Source: Octopus bimaculoides (lineage: Eukaryota). From it: a stretch of DNA of 38,025 bases. The notes under the pieces are model-generated. The model worked only from the letters and a program-made list of their open reading frames with translations. It made no database searches and was not told the DNA's origin. A program made the translations under genes and the position numbers. The stretch spans positions 79,454,839 to 79,492,863 of the forward strand of contig NC_068981.1 of assembly GCF_001194135.2 (NCBI RefSeq). Direction: 5' to 3'. Below, one piece after another: positions 35,665 to 38,025 of this stretch; position 1 is the first letter of the stretch, and the number at the start of each line of letters is the position of its first letter.

Positions 35665-35737
35665 CTAAATCTTCTAAAGAAGTGATGAGACCATGATCTC
35701 TGAGAGCTTTGGGCCCAAGTTCCACACCTTGCTTATC
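35665..35737 (-). CDS. ARG: Arginase internal coding exon, equivalent to exon 2 of vertebrate ARG1/ARG2: DKQGVELGPKALRDHGLITSLEDL+G
   Basis: Minus strand reads ttttattttctatccttAG|GAT AAG CAA GGT GTG GAA CTT GGG CCC...GAT TTA G|GTATGG. The peptide matches the arginase GVxxGPxxLRxxGL motif. Length (73 nt) and phases (0/1) equal human ARG1 exon 2. Too short for the ORF track. Confidence 0.93.
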
Positions 35738-36229
35738 CTAAGGATAGAAAATAAAATTGCAATTTGAAATTAAGTGACATTTGAAATATATATTTGAAAT
35801 TAGAAACAATTTTAATTATAAACATTCAACAAAAATATTCACCTTAAATTAAGATGATGATGATGGCAATGATGACATTTACATAATAGACAACTTAAAA
35901 GGTGGGCTTCTCACATATGTGAAGGTACAGGATTTGTATTTACAACAGCAGATGGCAGAACATCTAAAAAGGAAGGTGGGGAAGGAGGTTCTGCTGGAAG
36001 GAATGACCATGCATAGGAGAGCATTGAGTGAATGAGTCAATACACACACACACACACACACAGAGTCACTTCAGAGTCTGTAAGTCACAGTGCCCCAGTA
36101 TGGCCACAGCCTTAGGGCTGAAACATATAAAATAAATAATAGTATAATAGTATATTTGTCAAAAATGTGGGTATATTAACCAAAGTATACAATATTACAG
36201 ATTCATTACAGCCAATCTCTTACCATTTA

Positions 36230-37667
36230 CTTTTGCACCAGATATTAGGTGACTGGAGGGCTAGCTAAAAACTGTGCTCATCAGAGATGGTAGGTATGGG
36301 GGAAAAATGGTAACCGCTCTCTGTTACTGAGGGAGAAGAAGCATCACATTTAATATAGAGTGCTGTGAAAAAAATTAACTCAAGTGACAGGAAACAAGCT
36401 CGTGCAGAGACAACAACACATGCCTCCCTAATTGTCACTATAACAGGGAGAGAGTCATATATGAGGCAAAGGTAATGTCAAGGGACCCTGTGGACAGTCA
36501 AACATGCAAAAGCATGTGGGTATAATAGCTCCTTTCAGGACCAGATTCAACAACCATAAGTTCTCCTTTACGATCCAGGAGAGATGCAATGTCACAGCCT
36601 TGCTTAAGCATATATGTTGAAAGACAGCATCAGAAATTACAAGTGGAAAATCCTGAAGAAATGCAAGCCTTATTTTAACAGTAGCAAAAAGTGCAGGCTA
36701 TTCTTAGTCAAGAAGAGAATTCATCATCATCATCGTTTAACGTCCGCTATCCATGCTAGCATGGGTTGGATGATTTGACTGAGGACTGGTGAAACCAGAT
36801 GGCTACACCAGGCTCCAATCTGATTTGGCAGAGTTTCTACAGCTGGATGGCCTTCCTAACGCCAACCACTCAGAGAGTGTAGTGGGTGCTTTTACGTGCC
36901 ACCGGCATGAAGGCCAGTCAGGCGGTACTGGCAACGGCCATGCTCAAAATGGTGTATTTTATGTGCCACCCGCACAAGAGTCAGTTCAGGGGCATGGCAA
37001 CGATCTCGCTCGAAAATCCTTACACATGCCACAGGCACAAGTGCCAGAAAGGTGACACTGGGCACATGTGCCATCCCGATTTCGCTTTCGCTTGCCCCAA
37101 TAAGTCTTAACTTTCTTCACCCAGACATCTGTCTAAACTGCATGGGTGAAATTTTTTGCCTGTGCTCACATTAGAGAAGATACAGGATGGCTTGCCTACA
37201 GGCTCTACCATGATTATAAACACTAGGACATCCACCATCATATCTTGAGAACCCAGCAGAGTTTTGACCAGATATGCACAGGCACACATACAACCACACA
37301 TCAGATTGAAGGTTTGGGTACCAGCCCAATCCCCCTCAAAAAAGCACCCTGTACACACATCAACTCTGCACACCCATCAACCTCTTCAAACTCCCCCAAC
37401 ACACACACGCATGCACACACACACACGCCACACACTAACCTTTGATACATAACATGAGTTTTGTAGGAGAGAAGGGCATAAGATTACATAAATCCGTTTT
37501 ATTTGCCTCCCACAACTTTGTTTCGTATTTTTCCCAGCACCAGCAAACTGGATGTGTCATTTCCCCAACCCCAGTAACAGAGAAGAGTTGCTATTTTTCC
37601 CAAACCTGCCATCTCTGATGGGTAGTTATTAGGTAAAAGCTCAGTTATCTAATATTTGGTGCAAAAG
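36230..37667 (+). mobile_element. 5'-truncated Penelope-like element: inverted pLTR, GIY-YIG endonuclease relic, direct pLTR; interrupted by an RTE tail
   Basis: Frameshifted peptide CRDNNTCLPNC...VIYEAKV...HVGIIAPFRTRFNNHKFSF...NVTALLKHI...YKWKILKKCKPYFNSSKKCRL resumes after the RTE as HPDICLNCMGEIFCLCSH. 36230-36333 is the reverse complement of 37569-37667. Confidence 0.8.
36721..37108 (-). mobile_element. RTE 3'-tail copy inserted in the Penelope GIY-YIG coding region
   Basis: catcatcatcgtttaacgtccgc... plus about three tandem units; closely matches 27098-27406 and 28591-28891. Confidence 0.9.
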
Positions 37668-37678
37668 ATTGACCATAA

Positions 37679-38025
37679 TCTATATATATAAAAATGAGAA
37701 TGTGTGTCTGTCTGTCTGTCTGTGTGAATCCCTAAAACTCGAGAACTACGCAACCAATTTCATTCAAATTTTACACATGCCTTACTTAGGGTTCCAGTTG
37801 TGTTTTAGTCAAAAAAAATTATTAACTTCTTGCAGAGTTCGAGCACACGGCAACATAATATCTCCTCCACTATTTAAGTATTACGTGTCAAAAGTGAAAC
37901 AAAAACACTCATGTCAAATACTTTCACTTTAAAAATGAAACTATTCCACTAACTGAAACAATCACATTTCGATACTGTAGTGACAGATACTTTCACAGAG
38001 AGAGAAAGAGAGAAATAGAGAGACA
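37679..38025 (+). mobile_element. Probable non-autonomous Helitron 5' portion
   Basis: A|TCTATATATATAAAAATG start, (GTCT)n microsatellite, then aactacgcaaccaatttcattcaaatttt, typical of Helitron-type non-autonomous elements. The 3' CTRR end was not seen. Confidence 0.55.

Noticed and set aside
186-37932. Most ORFs in the supplied track as genes
   Set aside because: They are translations of microsatellites, SINEs or LINE UTRs, or low-complexity AT-rich frames. Only the arginase exons and TE relics show protein motifs.
35738-38025. Arginase first exon (expected ...PFxKGQ|GT)
   Set aside because: No matching peptide with a donor was found; it probably lies beyond the window.

Overview
AT-rich, repeat-dense eukaryotic DNA. 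The repeat families resemble those of octopod cephalopods (Octopus sp.; this is an inference). The window lies entirely inside one minus-strand arginase gene. Three coding exons splice in frame with canonical AG/GT ends: 35737-35665 (73 nt), 31379-31273 (107 nt) and 7978-7713 (266 nt). They give DKQGVELGPKALRDHGLITSLEDL-G-HRINDYGNIQFENIEEDDKQSLIKNGLFLSHASKK-ISNAVKKVIQAGEICLTLGGDHS...DAHADIN...HMHGMP...DWVEP(C). The first exon and the C-terminal exons were not found and probably lie outside the window. The introns (4.3 kb, 23.3 kb, and two partial ones) are filled with transposon relics: RTE LINEs and their 3' tails, three tRNA-like SINE types, a Ty3/Gypsy 5' half, a HERO-like fragment, an I/Jockey-like relic, pogo/Tigger, hAT, piggyBac-type and Tc1 ends, a Helitron end and Penelope-like elements. 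The most unusual object is a 418-bp non-coding foldback element at 34232-34649. It has a 12-bp target-site duplication, and its inverted arms carry a minimal, dimer-type hammerhead ribozyme motif (both copies mutated). It lies near a Penelope GIY-YIG element with inverted pseudo-LTRs, and a third hammerhead-like relic sits at the window start. There is a 10-N assembly gap at 23321-23330. No prokaryotic features or CRISPR arrays were found.
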